Below are positions 38,462-52,605 of a DNA stretch of 64,000 nt, one piece after another. A program made the position numbers and the translations under genes. Source of the stretch: the human T2T-CHM13v2.0 reference genome, Homo sapiens. The notes under the pieces are model-generated. The model was given only the letters and a program-made list of their open reading frames with translations. It did no database searches and was not told the origin of the DNA. Each line of letters opens with the position of its first letter. The stretch's first letter is position 1. Where the stretch lies: assembly GCF_009914755.1 (NCBI RefSeq), contig NC_060926.1. One strand, 5' to 3'.

Positions 38462-38997
38462 TGGCAGGAAAACTTTTACAGGAACTTTCCTGCTTAAGAC
38501 TGCTAATTATTTCCTCCAACACTCAGCACTGTGAGTCTCTTTGTGCTTCTCTGCTTTTCTTTTCCTCATAGCAGTTATGGATATATAAGTACTAGAAACA
38601 ATATTTGCCACCTAAAGAAATGAACACTATTTTCTGACACATGGCTGGTAACAATCCATGTACGTCATGTGTCAGGAAATAGTTGTCTCACTGGTATTCA
38701 AAAGCCTGAAGACATCACCTATTAGTTCTCTAGGTGAGACAAATATTCCCTTTTTATTATCATTTATGACTTCAGCCTCAACTCTCCACCTCATTTTTAA
38801 CTTTGTTACTAATTCCAAATGCATGTTCAATTTTGGTAATTTGGACTAAACCATATAGAAAACATGGAAACTTATTGAGTCTTGTTAGATCTAATCTATT
38901 TGTGGAAGACAGAAGGGCTTGGCTTGTTTTTTTTTTCCACTGTACTCTCCAAGAACCAGCACAGTACTCAAATTTTTACCACTCTATTAGTGAAAGA

Positions 38998-39061
38998 ATA
39001 GATAGATAGACAGATATATAGATGCATATATACATACACTGCTACATACATACACACTTAG

Positions 39062-39156
<95 letters not shown>
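38998..39156. repeat. Compound (GATA)/(TA)n(GA)n microsatellite
   Basis: A pure (TA)n run at about 39064-39112 is followed directly by a pure (GA)n run to about 39156. Confidence 0.95.
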
Positions 39157-39157
<1 letters not shown>

Positions 39158-39992
39158 GAAATTATCTTCCCTGGGTTGCATAGAAAAGCAAGCTTAGAAA
39201 ACATAACTAAACGAAATAATGTTATCATGGCCCTTCGTCTTTCAAAAAGTCATCCCTTTATGTCATGAACCCATTAACTGTTTTTCTATCATTTCATTTT
39301 GCCTCTGAAGGAGAGCAAATATTATTCTCTGCAGGGATGAAGTGATTATCAGAACTTTGAAATTCTTTTGGAGAAATTCAAGCTAATGTGTTAATAATAG
39401 AAGAAAAAAATAAGGCCTGCTCCATATTCAGGGAATGTGAAATCTGTTGGGATAGACAAGCAGTAGACAGTGAAAGTACAACTTTTCATTAATGCCAAGT
39501 ATACTTCAAATTTTTATGAAAGCTATTTCATTCATTCTTAAATTGCCATGTACTATTTTGTCCTTAACACACAAGGGACCAAAATTAACCTGACAAGTGC
39601 CTAGAAGGAGACACTCATCCCAGATCAGTGTCCCGGTAAATGGAACCGTTCCAGGTGAGGTTTTTACCTAAAGCAAAGTAGCCAGATAATCATTTTTTTT
39701 TTTTTTAAAGAGAATGCAAGCTGAGTCTTTTGAGACAGATGAGTCTGATAATGGAAGATACAAACATTTTCTAAAATCCAATTCTTAAAAATGAGAGGCA
39801 ATGAAAAACTTCTAAAGGATAGAAACATTGAAATAAACTGGGAATTGCATGTGAATGTTAAAAGCAGAAGAAAGAACTCCGTAAAGATTATCTCCACAAA
39901 ATCCAGGATGCCTCAAAGTTGCAATTAATTGCAAGTTTTTCAGTTTCTAACCAGTTTAAAGTTCATATTATGGGTCAGAACTGTGTTTCTAC

Positions 39993-40296
<304 letters not shown>

Positions 40297-42649
40297 TCTA
40301 CTTCTTTTATACATCTTTGTCATATGTATAGAGAGAGGTATGTCTTAGTCATGCCCAGAGAACTGTAGGTAACTTGCAGTTGGTTTAGAATCAGTGTGCT
40401 ACCTCTATGTTAAAAGTTTAAGAGACTTGCAAGATTTAGTGTTAAAGGTTATTCAATCTGACTCCCATACTGTAGGTGAATTACTGTCCTACAATGTATG
40501 GATAAATATGGAAAATAAAGTTTCTATCTTGAAAATCACAGAATACCAGATTTAGAAATGAACTAAAAATACTCATAAATTGTATCTTTTTAAAATTGCA
40601 GAATCTTTGGTTACATGGTCTGGATTGATTTTTTGTTATTCAGTTTCCATTTGATCATATCAAGGAGCAAAGATAGCTGATTATTATTCACCACATATTA
40701 TCAACATTTGCCTCCTGTAATATATCTGAATTGCTCCATGGGAGATTTCTGAGATGACACAGCATATATTATCCTGACAATAGTAATTCAGAGATCTGAA
40801 CATGTATCTAATGTCTCCTTGGAGTCAGCAATTCACCCAGACGTCCCAGTTCTTTCTATGATTCTACCCATATGTAGGCTTCTCAATCACTTCTCTCTCC
40901 TAGGCATTCCCTCACAGGTTTTCAGAATGTCTGCTTCTGTAGCATTTTATCACTCATTCGAGTTATAAGATTTAATCACCAAGAATGATATTCAAGATCA
41001 TACACATTATTCTATGTGTGTATGCTTGTTTTGATAGTGTGAGGAAATGTAAAAACATTTGTTCTTAGGAGATAATGTCAGAAGTAGATATGTATTCATC
41101 TTTCTAATCAAACTCATTAATTACACTGGAGCATATTGGAGGTAGGAAAATAAAATTCTAACAGTTGTTGAAAAAAATGATATTATCTCAAAGTAGAGAT
41201 ACTTTGCCGTAGCTCTAGCATGCTATGAGAGAAAACTACTATGGACTTAAGTGATGAGTCACAAACGGCACTTACTAGTATGTTTTTATACCTTGTAGTA
41301 CTGCGTACATATTTTGTTGAGATATAAAAACTAAACACCTGTTATCTTGGGGTACAATAAAATGAGAACATTATGAATTGCAAAGTTAGGTAAGATTCAA
41401 TTTGAGTCTCCACAATAACATTTCCTGGCTGTGTGAAAATAGCCTAGTGAATTAGCCTTTCTGAGTTTTACATATTTAAAAGAGAAAAATAGCACTAGCC
41501 TAAGATTGGAAATGTATAAATAGAGTTAATATTTAAATTAGTCACACATAGGAGAGAGCACATAGTAAAATTCTATTGTATCTGATATAATGTTTGCAAC
41601 CCTAAATTTTCTTTTTTACGTCTTTAATATTTCTTTGAGCATTTATATATATGACTGCATACAGACACAAAGTTATTATACATGATGCCAGCATACAACA
41701 TACAATGTAAGAAAAGTATAAAATACAATATTTTGTGTATAACTCCCCAAAAGTTGTTAATAAGACTTTGATTTAGACATGAATTTGGAATATATAAATT
41801 CACTATTTATTACCATTAAAAAATAACTTGAAAGTAACAGCCATTAACCGTATTAGGGAGCTGAGTTACCCAACTGACAAAATGATTCAGTTATATATAT
41901 AATTATATGTAATTCAATGAAGTGATATAATGAAATGATATAATATGAGTATGCTAAATGAATAAGTGAAAAAAACTATGCCACAATTAATAAACATATA
42001 AATCCTGGAAGTAAATTTCCTTCACAAAAAACAGAAATTTTCCTTTCTTGCTTTTAAGGTGTAAGCACACTTTTAGACAGTTTTACATTAAGTGAGAAAC
42101 CACTTCTTCAACCAGATTAGGGGAATCATGCCTAGAGATTAATGGAGTGGCAAATGTTTTAGTCATAGCTCTTTCGTATGAATTATATTCCCAATTCAGT
42201 CACTGAATTCTGTGCAGACTTGGACAAGTAATTTAACCGTGATGATCTTCAATTTTCTTAGATATTTTATGGAGAAAATAAACTCACCAGTACAACACCT
42301 CATTTAAATTTCCTTAAAGAATGTAATAAAGTAATATACATGAATGGGTATTGAGAATTTAAATTGGCTATAAAATATCAGATGCCATGTAATCATGAGA
42401 ACAGAATATTTAATAAATGTGCTCTGATGACTGCTTATTCACATGGAAAAATCATATTACATTTCTGCCTAACATCCTTAACAAAAATAAATTTTAGTAA
42501 TGTTAAAACAAGCTAAAAGAAAAAAAAATTTAACATTTTAGTATGATAAAACAAATTTAGACACGTACTTCTAGGAAAGATAAAGTAATACAGATTTAAC
42601 CACTTGAGACACACACACGCACATGCACACACACACACACACACTCAGA

Positions 42650-45600
42650 GACAAAATATAGGACATGATTATTTTCAAAACACTGGACAGCAGGTAATAC
42701 AGGACATTGATCCTTGAGGAATAGGAAACAAATAAAGTGAGTCCCATGAATGCCCTAAATTATTGTCTTACTAGAATTATCAGACTATGGTACAGGGAAG
42801 AAAAACCCAGGCAGAATCCATCAGACTCCTAGAGTTGAAGAGAAAGAGCAGAGAGTCTAGGAAGACTGTAGTGGCTAAAATTGTTTTAATCCAGTGAAAT
42901 ATGGATTGCACAGGTACAATAGAACTGTGTCCACTTATGTGCATAGAAGCATTATTCACAATAGCCAAAATGTGGAAGCAACCAAGGGGTTCATTGACAG
43001 ATAAATGAATAAGCAAATATGGTCAATACATAAAATGAAATACATATAAAATTAATATTTTATATATATTTGAAAAAGTATATAATATATAATATATAAA
43101 ATAAAATATAAATATATAAAATGAATATATGATATTCATTTGAATATAAAATGAAATATACATAAAATGAATATACATTTAAATAGTAAGGAAATTCTGA
43201 CACATGCTACAATATGGATGAACCTTGAAAACATTATGCTAAGTAAAACAAGTCAGCCATACATAAAAGGACAAATAGTGTGATTCTACTTATTTGAGGT
43301 TGCTAGAGAAATTAAAATTAGAGAGAGAAAATAGAATGGTGGTCCCCAGGGACAGAGCAGAGGAAGAAACAGGGTTTGTGTTTAATGGATACAGAGTTTG
43401 TTTTGCAAGAAGAAAAAGTTCTGAAGACTAGTTGTACAACAAAGTGAGTGTAAGTGATACCATATGTATTAATTCACAAGGTGAATGTAATTGATATTCA
43501 CAAGGTGAATGTAATTGATACCATAACTTAAAGATGTTTAACATGGTTAATTTTGTTATATATATTTTACCGAAATAAAAATTAAAAAATAAGCAAACAT
43601 AACAGATAGTATAACGTTTCCTGTATAGCACAATATTTCCTTTAAAGCCAGGCTGGCTTAACATTAAAAAAATTAACATATTCACAAAATAAAAATTAAA
43701 TCAACCTAAATATTTATAGGCTTAAAAAGCACCTAATTGCAATAGAAACAGAAAAAATGACAACATTCAACATTCGTTATTGATATTATTCAGCTAAGTG
43801 GAAATACAATGAACTTTTCTCAGCCTGATATAAGGTATCAATGATCAGCCTACACCTAGCATCATATTTAATAGTAAAAGTTGATTTTTCTTTTCTAATG
43901 TCAGCAATAAGGTAAGGATGCCTGCTCTAAGCACTTCTATTCAATATTTTAGGAGAGTTTCTAGCCAGTATAATAAAACAACAAAAAGAAACATATTGCA
44001 TCCAGGTTTAAAAGTCAGATGAAAAATTGTCTTTATTTGTAGATGACATGATCATGTATGTGGAAATACAATAAAATCTACAAAAACTTGTAGAACTTAT
44101 AAATGAGTTTAACAAGATTACAAGATAAAAATTAATATACAAGTTGACAAGTTGTATTTTTATATACTAGCAATAAAAAAGGAATAGAATGTAAAGAATA
44201 ATATGGTTTTTAATAACATCAACAACAAAATATTTAAGTATAAATATTACAACATATGTGAATATTACAAAATATTGAGGTAAAAAAACGAATAAATGGA
44301 GACTTTTACCACATTCATGAGTTAGAAGTCTAATTATTGCTAAGATGTCAAGTCCCCCCAATAGATCTATTGATGTAGTTCAATTCTGATCAATATCTCA
44401 GCAGACATTTTGTAGGAATTGACAAACTGATTCTGAAATTCAAATGGAAATGTAAAAGAGCCAGAATAGCTAAAATAGCTTTGAAAAAGAAGAATGAAGT
44501 TGGAGAACTAAAATGACTTCATTCCATGGTTTATTATAAAGCCACAGTTATCAAGATAAAATGATAGTGGCCTTAAGTTATACTAACCAATCAATGGAAC
44601 AGAATGGAGCATCCCATAATATTGCCACACATATATGGTCAACTCGTTTAATTGGAGAAAGTATAATCTTATCAACAAATTGTGCTAGAATAATTAGATA
44701 CACGTTTGAAAATAAAATATTGAACTAGCAATTTCAATCTATGTTTAACACTGTATAGAAAAATTATTTTAAAAGAGATCCTGTACCTAAATGTAAAATT
44801 TGAAACTTGAAGAAAATGTAGAAAAGAAATTTTTGAGTTAAGTATTTCTACTTATGACACCAAAAATCATGATCCATAAAATTAAAAATTACATACTTAT
44901 ATGTGTGTGTGTAAAGACATGTACTTATATATGTGTACATATATATTAAACTCTTTAAGAATAAAAACTCCTGCCTTTTGAAAAGCATTAAGAGAATGAA
45001 AAGTCAAGCCACAAAGTTAAGGAAGCAACTTTTAAGTCACATGTTTAATAAAGATTTTTGTATTCAGATTCCATAAAATACTTTAAAGGTATGATAATAA
45101 CCTGATAAAATGATTGGCAAAATGTTAACAGAGACATCACTAAATCAGATATAAATAAAAATGACAAATAAGCACATGAAAAGATGCTTAATCTCATTAG
45201 TCATTAGGGAAATAGAAATTAAATTACAGTATATAATTTATTAGACGCAAAATTTACAAATGTACCACTACACACTTACTAGAATGTTCAAAGTTCAAGA
45301 CTGATGACACCAAGTGTTGCTAATGTTGTGGAACTTCTGCAGTTTTATACACTATGGTTGGTTATGTGAAATATTACTACTATTTCAAAAGTGGTTTGAT
45401 TGCTTCTTTAAAAATTAGGCATGTATGTACCATGTGATCCAGCCATTTCACACTTAGGCATTCAAGCAAAGGAAAAGAAAGCATATGTCCATACAAAAAC
45501 TTGTACATTGTTCATGAATATTCACAGCAGCTTCATTCAAAATACCTCCAATCTAGAAACAGTCCAAATATCTATCAAAAATGAATGAATGAACCAATGG

Positions 45601-45975
45601 TGTTATATTTATAAGTGAATACTATTCAGCAATGGCAATAAATCACTATTGACACACAATATCACAGACCTCTAAATAATTATTGTGAGTAAAAGAAGAG
45701 AGTAATATGATTTCATTTAAATGAAGTACTTTTGAAAAAGACATCCTAATTGACAATTTAAAGCAGATCAAAATTTGCCTGGAAACGTGGGTAAAGTTAG
45801 GAGAAAATATAAATGGTCACAGTGAAACTTTTGGTGTGATGTAGATGCTCATTATCTTGATTTTGGTGGTGATTTTATGGGTGTGTACATATGTCCAAAC
45901 TTATCAAATTGTACCCTTTACATATATGTAAAGTTGATTTCATGTCAACTATATCCCAATAAAGCTCTTAAATAA
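42650..45975 (+). mobile_element. Cluster of old L1M fragments: 5'-type piece at about 42650-42900, L1MB-like 3' end at about 42930-43590, L1ME-like ORF2/3' end at about 43600-45975
   Basis: GCATTATTCACAATAGCCAAAA..GGATGAACCTTGAAAACATTATGCTAAGT; TTATTTGTAGATGACATGATC (RT LF.DDM); GAAATTCAAATGGAAATG; CCAAACTTATCAAATTGTAC..CAATAAAGCT. Confidence 0.8.
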
Positions 45976-46299
45976 AAAATTAATGTATGTAGAAGGAATA
46001 TAATATGTAAAATAGAAAATTACTGCAGAGTCCCATGAATCTAATCAGGGCAGGCAGTAAAGATTTCTTACATAATAAAGAAATTGCAAACAGTGAGTGA
46101 AGGACATTGTGGATGGAACTTACATGTAAACATCTAATCCAACCTCTAGTGTAGATCTGAACAGAAGTTTAAAGACAAAATGATTGAGTGAAGCCACAGC
46201 CCTACCTGTTTTTAGAAACCATAAGCTTTGGAGAAGTTTATTACAGATAAAATTTTTAAAAGAAATGACAGTAAAGAGAAACTGAAATGGATATAAACC

Positions 46300-48040
46300 T
46301 GAAATTTCAGAGAATTGCCCTCTGCAAAACTGATTTAGTATTTTAATTAGAATAACTTTTTACAAGAAGTTTTTCTCTTCAGCGGAATGAAAGAAGTTAC
46401 AAATGTCATCAAAGAGAATCAGACATCGATAATGACAGAAAAAAACGGGAAAAACAGCAGTATCAAAAGTGCAAAGAAACAGGTGAGATAAACATAAAAC
46501 ACAAAATAAAAGCAGAACTAAAAGTTTCAATGAAGGTTTAATGAGAGGAATTAAAATTTCAAAATACATCAAATTAATGATGCGGATGACACAATAAACT
46601 CGTTAAGAATCAGAACAACATAAAAATTTGAAAATAGTGGGATGATCAATGAGGAGAACATAGAAAATAAATTTAATCAGTGGCTAGAGTAATTCATCAG
46701 GAAGAAAAAATAGTGTGTATACAAGGATCAAAATTAATACTATTTGTAAAAATTACAAAAATCAAAACATACCCAGGTATAGAGATCAAAACTATTGACT
46801 GTATTACTAACAAAATTATAAACAGAAACCCCAGCAAAAATATCCTATGTATATTTGAAATTTTAGGTCAAAAATAAAATAATTTAATGTGCAGCAATTA
46901 AAAAATAAAAGTCTGTCTTTTAAAACCGAAATTGACTACATTTTCTCTGCTGTTAAACTTCTTTGTTGGAAACAAAATATTGGTAGCTGACTAAATGAAT
47001 GGACCATTTCTGGATGAATATTAGAAGCTTTAAGTATTTGTTTGATGCTTGGGAGAAAAAGCTTGGAGAACAATAGAAAAAAAGAAATATGCAATTTTAA
47101 AAATAAGATTTACATAGCTTGATACAAGAAACTCTCAAGGATAGTAGTGGGTAGGAAAATGCTCAAATTTATGAGCACAGATACAAATAATCCAAAGAGA
47201 ATATTAGCAAACTGGATTCAGCAGCACATAACAGATATAACACTTACTGATTTCCCCCATCCCTAAAGATTCTATTTAGTCCTCAAAAAAAAAAAAATCA
47301 TTCTCCACATTAACAGATTAAAGATAAAAACATCAAAACCTTAAATCAGTGCATACAGAAAGGACAAATAATATTGAAGATCTATTTACGATAAAAAATT
47401 TTCAATCCTAGAGAAACTTCCTTAATCTGATAAATTTATTAAAAACTATAGCAAATATACTTACTGTTAAAATGCTAATAATTTTTCCTGTGAGAGAGAA
47501 AAGACAAAAATATGTGTTATTGCTTGTTTTATTTAATTTTGGGCCAGAGTTCCAAGTTAGCATGAAAGTATTCAATTAAAAATAATTTAAACGGAATAAA
47601 TAATACTGTGATTATTTGCAGATGGTGATGATACAAATAGAAAATGTATAATACCTAAAATATATATTTTTAGAATTAAGAATTTAGGAAATTTTCTAGG
47701 TAAAAATATCAATATATTAAAAATCATTATATTTTGGTATATTAGAAACAAATGAAAAACAGTAATGATATTTTTGAAAAAGACTAAAATGTAAGGACTT
47801 ACCTTAGAATTTATGCAGACTTACCATAAAGCTCTATAAATAATTATGATACTATAGTATTGGTGAAAAAATGCACAAATTGACAAATCAAACATCATAT
47901 TCAGGCTTTAAAATTCACCCACACATACATGATATATGGAGGTGGCATTTTGGGGAAGGGAGAAATGTATGGTGCTAGGATCACTCAGATCATAATAAAT
48001 GATTTTAAGTGAACTAAAGGCATAGATAAAATTGTAAATA
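46300..48040 (+). mobile_element. Highly decayed L1M fragments
   Basis: A-rich sequence with AATATTAGCAAACTGGATTCAGCAGCACAT, AACTTCCTTAATCTGATAA and TTATTTGCAGATG. Confidence 0.55.
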
Positions 48041-48139
48041 TTATTTTTTTAATTTGGAAATTTATTTCTTATTTTTAAAATTGTTACGATTTAGGCATTA
48101 ACATTGGGATTTCAAATTTAAGTTTCTTTTTTTATGGTC

Positions 48140-49095
48140 CATAATTTTTTAACTTTTATTACAAGTTGAGGGGTACATGTGCAGGTTTGTTACATAGGTA
48201 AACTTGTGTCATGGGCTGGGGAGGGGGGTAGGGTTGTACAGATTATTTCATCACCCAGGTATTAATCCAAGGACATATTGTTATTTTTCCTGATCCTCTC
48301 CCTCCTCACCCTCCACCCTCTGATAAGCCCCAGTGTGTGTTGTTCTACACTATGTGTCCATGTGTTCTCATCGTTTAGCTCCCACTTATAAGTGAAAACA
48401 TGCAGGATTTGGTTTTCTGTTTCTATGTTAATTTGCTAAGGATAATGGCCTCTAGCTCCATCCATGTCTCTGCCAAGGTCATGATCTCCTTCTTTTTTAT
48501 GGCTGCATAGTATTTCATGGTATATATGTAGCAGATTTTCTTTATCCAGTCTATCATGGATGGGCGTTTAGGTTGATTCTATGTCTTTGCTATTGTGAAT
48601 AGTGCTGCAGTGAACATACAACTGAATGTGTCTTTATAGTAGAGTGGTTTATATTCCCTTGGGTATGTGCCCAGTAATGGGATTGCTGGTTTGAATGGTG
48701 TTTGACGTATTTAGGAATTGCCACACTGTCATCCACAATGGTTGAACTAATTAACACTCCCACCAACAGTGTATAAGCATTCCTTTTTCTCCACAGCCTC
48801 ACTAGCGTTTGTTATTTTTTGACTGTTTAGTAATAGCCATTCTGACTGGTGTGAGATAGTATTTCATTGTGGTTATGATTTGCATCTCTCTAATGATAGT
48901 GATGTTGAGCTTTTATTCATATGATTGCTGGCGGCAAGTATGTCTTTTTTTGAAAAGTGTCTGTTTATGACCTTTTCATACTTTCTTGTAAATTTGTTTA
49001 AGTTCCTTGTAGATGCTACATATTAGACCTTTGCCTGATGCATAACTTTCACAAATTTTCTTCCATTCTTTATGTTGTTACCTGTTTGTTTACTC

Positions 49096-49126
<31 letters not shown>

Positions 49127-49968
49127 GATAGCGTCTAGCTCTGTCTCCCAGGCTAGTGTTCAGTGGCACAGTCTTGGCTCACTGTAACTTCCACCTCGGT
49201 GGTTTACATGATTCTCATGCGTCAGCTTCGCAAGTAGCTGGGATTACAGGCGTGCACCACCATTCCCAGCTAATTTTTTGTAATTTTAGTAAAGATGGAG
49301 TTTCACTGTGTTGGACAGGCTAGCCTCAAACATCTGGCCTCAACTGATCCATTCGCCTTGGACTCCCAAAGTGTGAGGATTATAGGTTTGAGCCACTGCG
49401 CCTGGCCCTATTTACTTTGTTTATAGTTTCCTTTGCTTATGGTTTCCTTTGCTGTTCAGAAGCTCTTCAGTTTCATTAGGTCCCATTTGTCAATTTCTCA
49501 ATTTTTACTTTTGTTGCAGTTGCTTTTGATGTCTTTGTCATGAACTCTTTCCTGTGCCTATGTCCTGAATGGCATTGCCTAGGTTGTCTTCCAGAGTTTT
49601 TATAGTTCAGAGTTTTACCTTTAAGTATTTAATCTATATTGACTTAATTTTTGTTTGTGGTGTAAGAAAGGGGTCCACTTTCAATCTTCTGCGTATGGCT
49701 AGCCAGTTATCCCAGCAGTATTTATTGAATAGATCTTTTCCCCATTTCTTGTTTTTGTCTGCTTTGTCAAAGATTAGATAGTTGTGGGTATGCTGTCTTA
49801 TTTCTAGGGTTCTCTATTCTGTCCCATTGGTCTAGGTGTCTGTTTCTATACCATTACCATGCCGTTTTGGTTATTGTAGCCCTGTAGTATAGTTGGAAGT
49901 GAGTTAGCATGATGCCTCCAGCTTTGTTCTTTTTGCTTAGAATTGCATTGGTTATGCGGCTTTTTTTG
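48140..49968 (-). mobile_element. 5'-truncated L1PA (about PA12-13) with nested Alu
   Basis: GGGGTACATGTGCAGGTTTGTTACATAGGTAAACTTGTGTCATGGG..GATTATTTCATCACCCAGGTATTAA 3' UTR and ORF2 C-terminal sequence. Confidence 0.9.
49100..49407 (-). mobile_element. Alu (old S/Jb-like) inserted in L1PA
   Basis: Poly(T) plus dimeric Alu; the L1 target sequence (GTTTACTCT / ATTTACTTT) is duplicated. Confidence 0.9.
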
Positions 49969-49999
49969 TTACATATATTTTACAAATTAATATTGCGGA

Positions 50000-51095
50000 A
50001 TATTATTATAATGTTAAATACATTACAAAAATTATTAACCATGAAAGAAAAGACATATATTTAACTATATTTAAATTAAGAGATTTAGTTTATCCTTAGA
50101 TACCAAACACCCAGTGAAAATCACAATGATCTGTAACAAACATAACCAACAAAATTTCAGCATCCAGATGTATAACGACCTCCAACAATTAAATAAGAAA
50201 AAGCTCTAAAAACCAAAAGAAAATTGAGAAATTTAGATTTAATTGGCACTTCATGATAAAAAAGAAATATCTTCCAGATATCAGCTGTTCATAAATCTAC
50301 AGTAATTAGAAGGCTGTGTTTTTCACGTAAGACACAAATGCTATGTGAACAGGAGAGTGGCCCAGGGAAAGACCCGTTTACCTGTGGACTCTTGACTTAT
50401 TACATAGGCTGCATTGCAAAGTAATTAGGCAAGGACAGACTTTTCTACAAAAGAAGCTGGGACAATTGTGTGTGAACAGAAAGAAAACAACAAAACTTTA
50501 AATGTGGAAGACAAAAAGGAATTACTTTCTGATGATATTATTACAGAGTAGGTTAAGTAATTCAGTATGGGGAAAGCTTTCTTAAACATTACAAAAATAC
50601 TAACCATAAAAACAAATGTTGATAATTTGACTAGATTAAAAGTGTGAACTTCTATTAATCAATAGGATCATTTAAGAAAGAAAGTCAGCCTTCAAAGTAA
50701 GAAAGTCACTCATAGTGGTTACATCACTCTTAAGTAACCATCATTTGTCTGACAATGAATTCAAATCTAGACATATAAATCATCTCAACAAAAAGCTAAA
50801 TGATCAAAAATGTGCATGAGAGTTGAAATGTTTATTAAGAAGTAAAGCTAAATGATTAACAAACATATAAATATTATTAACCCCATTAGTCATTACATAA
50901 TTGCAAATTAAAACCTTAATGAGGTAACAAATCTGCCACATTCTTAAAAATTTTAAAGTTAGGCATAACAAGTATTTTAAAAAATGAAGCAAAGAAATTT
51001 TCATACCCTGCTGATGGAAATGTAAACCTGTAGAACTACTTTGGAAAAGTTTGGCATTGTCTGGTCCTGTCAAGATATGCATACTCTATGATATA
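50000..51095 (+). mobile_element. Old L1ME-like ORF2 fragments
   Basis: CATTAGTCATTACATAATTGCAAATTAAAACCTTAATGAG..TCATACCCTGCTGATGGAAATGTAAA..CTTTGGAAAAGTTTGGCA. Confidence 0.65.
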
Positions 51096-51804
51096 AATAT
51101 TTGCAACACCTGTTGTTACACAGGTGTTACTTTGATATTTTTTCTTTAGCCTGCGCATCTATGATGCATGTAAACTTCATTAGTATGATTAATCTCATAA
51201 CAGAAGCAGGAATCAAAGCTATCATTGTCTTATTGTAACACTCTGTCATTAGGAATAGATGTCTATCGTTTTTCATTCTCTTTTTATATCTACCTATGGC
51301 CATGGTCCAAATGCTGTGACAAAAGGATCAATTAGCCCACTATGGGTCACAGGTCCTCTTGTGCGGAGGAGGGTAGCATTCCTGATGAAAGTCTCAGCCA
51401 GTATAGAATTTTACAAAACAATTGTTCAATTGTTAAATAGAGAAAATTGAGTTAATAGCCATCAATAAGTAAATATACACTAGACTCTCTCTTCTTGTTT
51501 GTACTTCAAAGAAATTCATATATTAAAATTAAAAATAGAAAAGACAATCTCTGTATAGCAAAGACTCAGAAAAGTGCTATAAGTCAGCTGAAAGAGTGAT
51601 GAGTCAAACACTTCCACCCCTCATTCCCAAACATTTCTACTCTGGCTATGGGAGAAAGAGTGCCATATATTCTTTGCTATTTTAAAGCATATATTGCATC
51701 AACTGTGGTAGAGTCCTATTTTTCATGGTGTTTGCTCTGGACTGAGCAAACCCATAACGGAGTTTTCAGAAAGTCATCCCATGAATTGCTTCTCATTTAT
51801 GTGG

Positions 51805-52605
51805 TGCATGGTGTAAAGACTCACCTCTTAACCACAACGGAGTCAAGCTCCTCACTGCGCTCTTTTTCACTAGGCCTTGACCTTGGTCCACAATCTCCTG
51901 GGCCTGCAAAGCTCAATTTTAAGGAAAATCCTGCTGTCAGTTTACAGACCATCATCCACCCTTGATGTCTAATCACCCTGGATATCTGATTAAATTTCTC
52001 GTCCCTCACCATCCCTCAGGCAATACCCGATCACCCTAGCTTGCGTTCAGCAAGAATCCTATTTGGTCCTCAGGGGTTAGTAAGAATGCCACTACACTTG
52101 ATGTCTCCTCTTAGCAATTTTCTTTTTTTCCTTTTTTTTTTTTTTTTTTTTTGAGACAAAGTCTCACTCTGTCACCCAGGATGGAGTGCAGTGGCGTGAT
52201 CTCAGCCTTCCGAGTTCAAGTGATTCTCCTGCCCCAGTCTCATGAGTAGCTGGGATTACAGGCACGCACTACCACGGCCGGCTAATTTTTGTATTTTTAG
52301 TAGAGACAAGGTTTCACCATGTTGGTCAGGCTGACCTCAAACTCCTGACCTCGTGATCTGTGCACCTCGGCCTCCTGAAGTGCTGGGATTACAGGCGTGA
52401 GCCATCACGCCCAGCTGTCTTAGTAATTTTCTGTCCATTGACCCTTCATTCTGCTTGTTCCTTGGAAATCTCTACTTGTTTTTGTTTGTTCAGTTAGGCT
52501 CCATCTTTCTCTCCTACTGTGATAGTTTTGACATCTATCATGAGAGCCCTGAATGAAGTCTTCCTTACAGTTTTAACAAGTGTCAAAATAATTTTTTCTT
52601 TAACT
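51805..52605 (+). mobile_element. MER31-like ERV1 LTR with nested Alu
   Basis: CTAGGCCTTGACCTTGG..TTCAGCAAGAATCCT..TCCTCTTAG.AATTTTC..GAATGAAGTCTTCCTTAC..TTTAACAAGT..AATAATTTTTTCTTTAAC. Confidence 0.75.
52124..52416 (-). mobile_element. AluS (Sg/Sc-like) with a small internal deletion
   Basis: Dimeric Alu; 15-bp TSD TCTTAG(C/T)AATTTTCT at 52109-52123 and 52418-52432. Confidence 0.93.
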
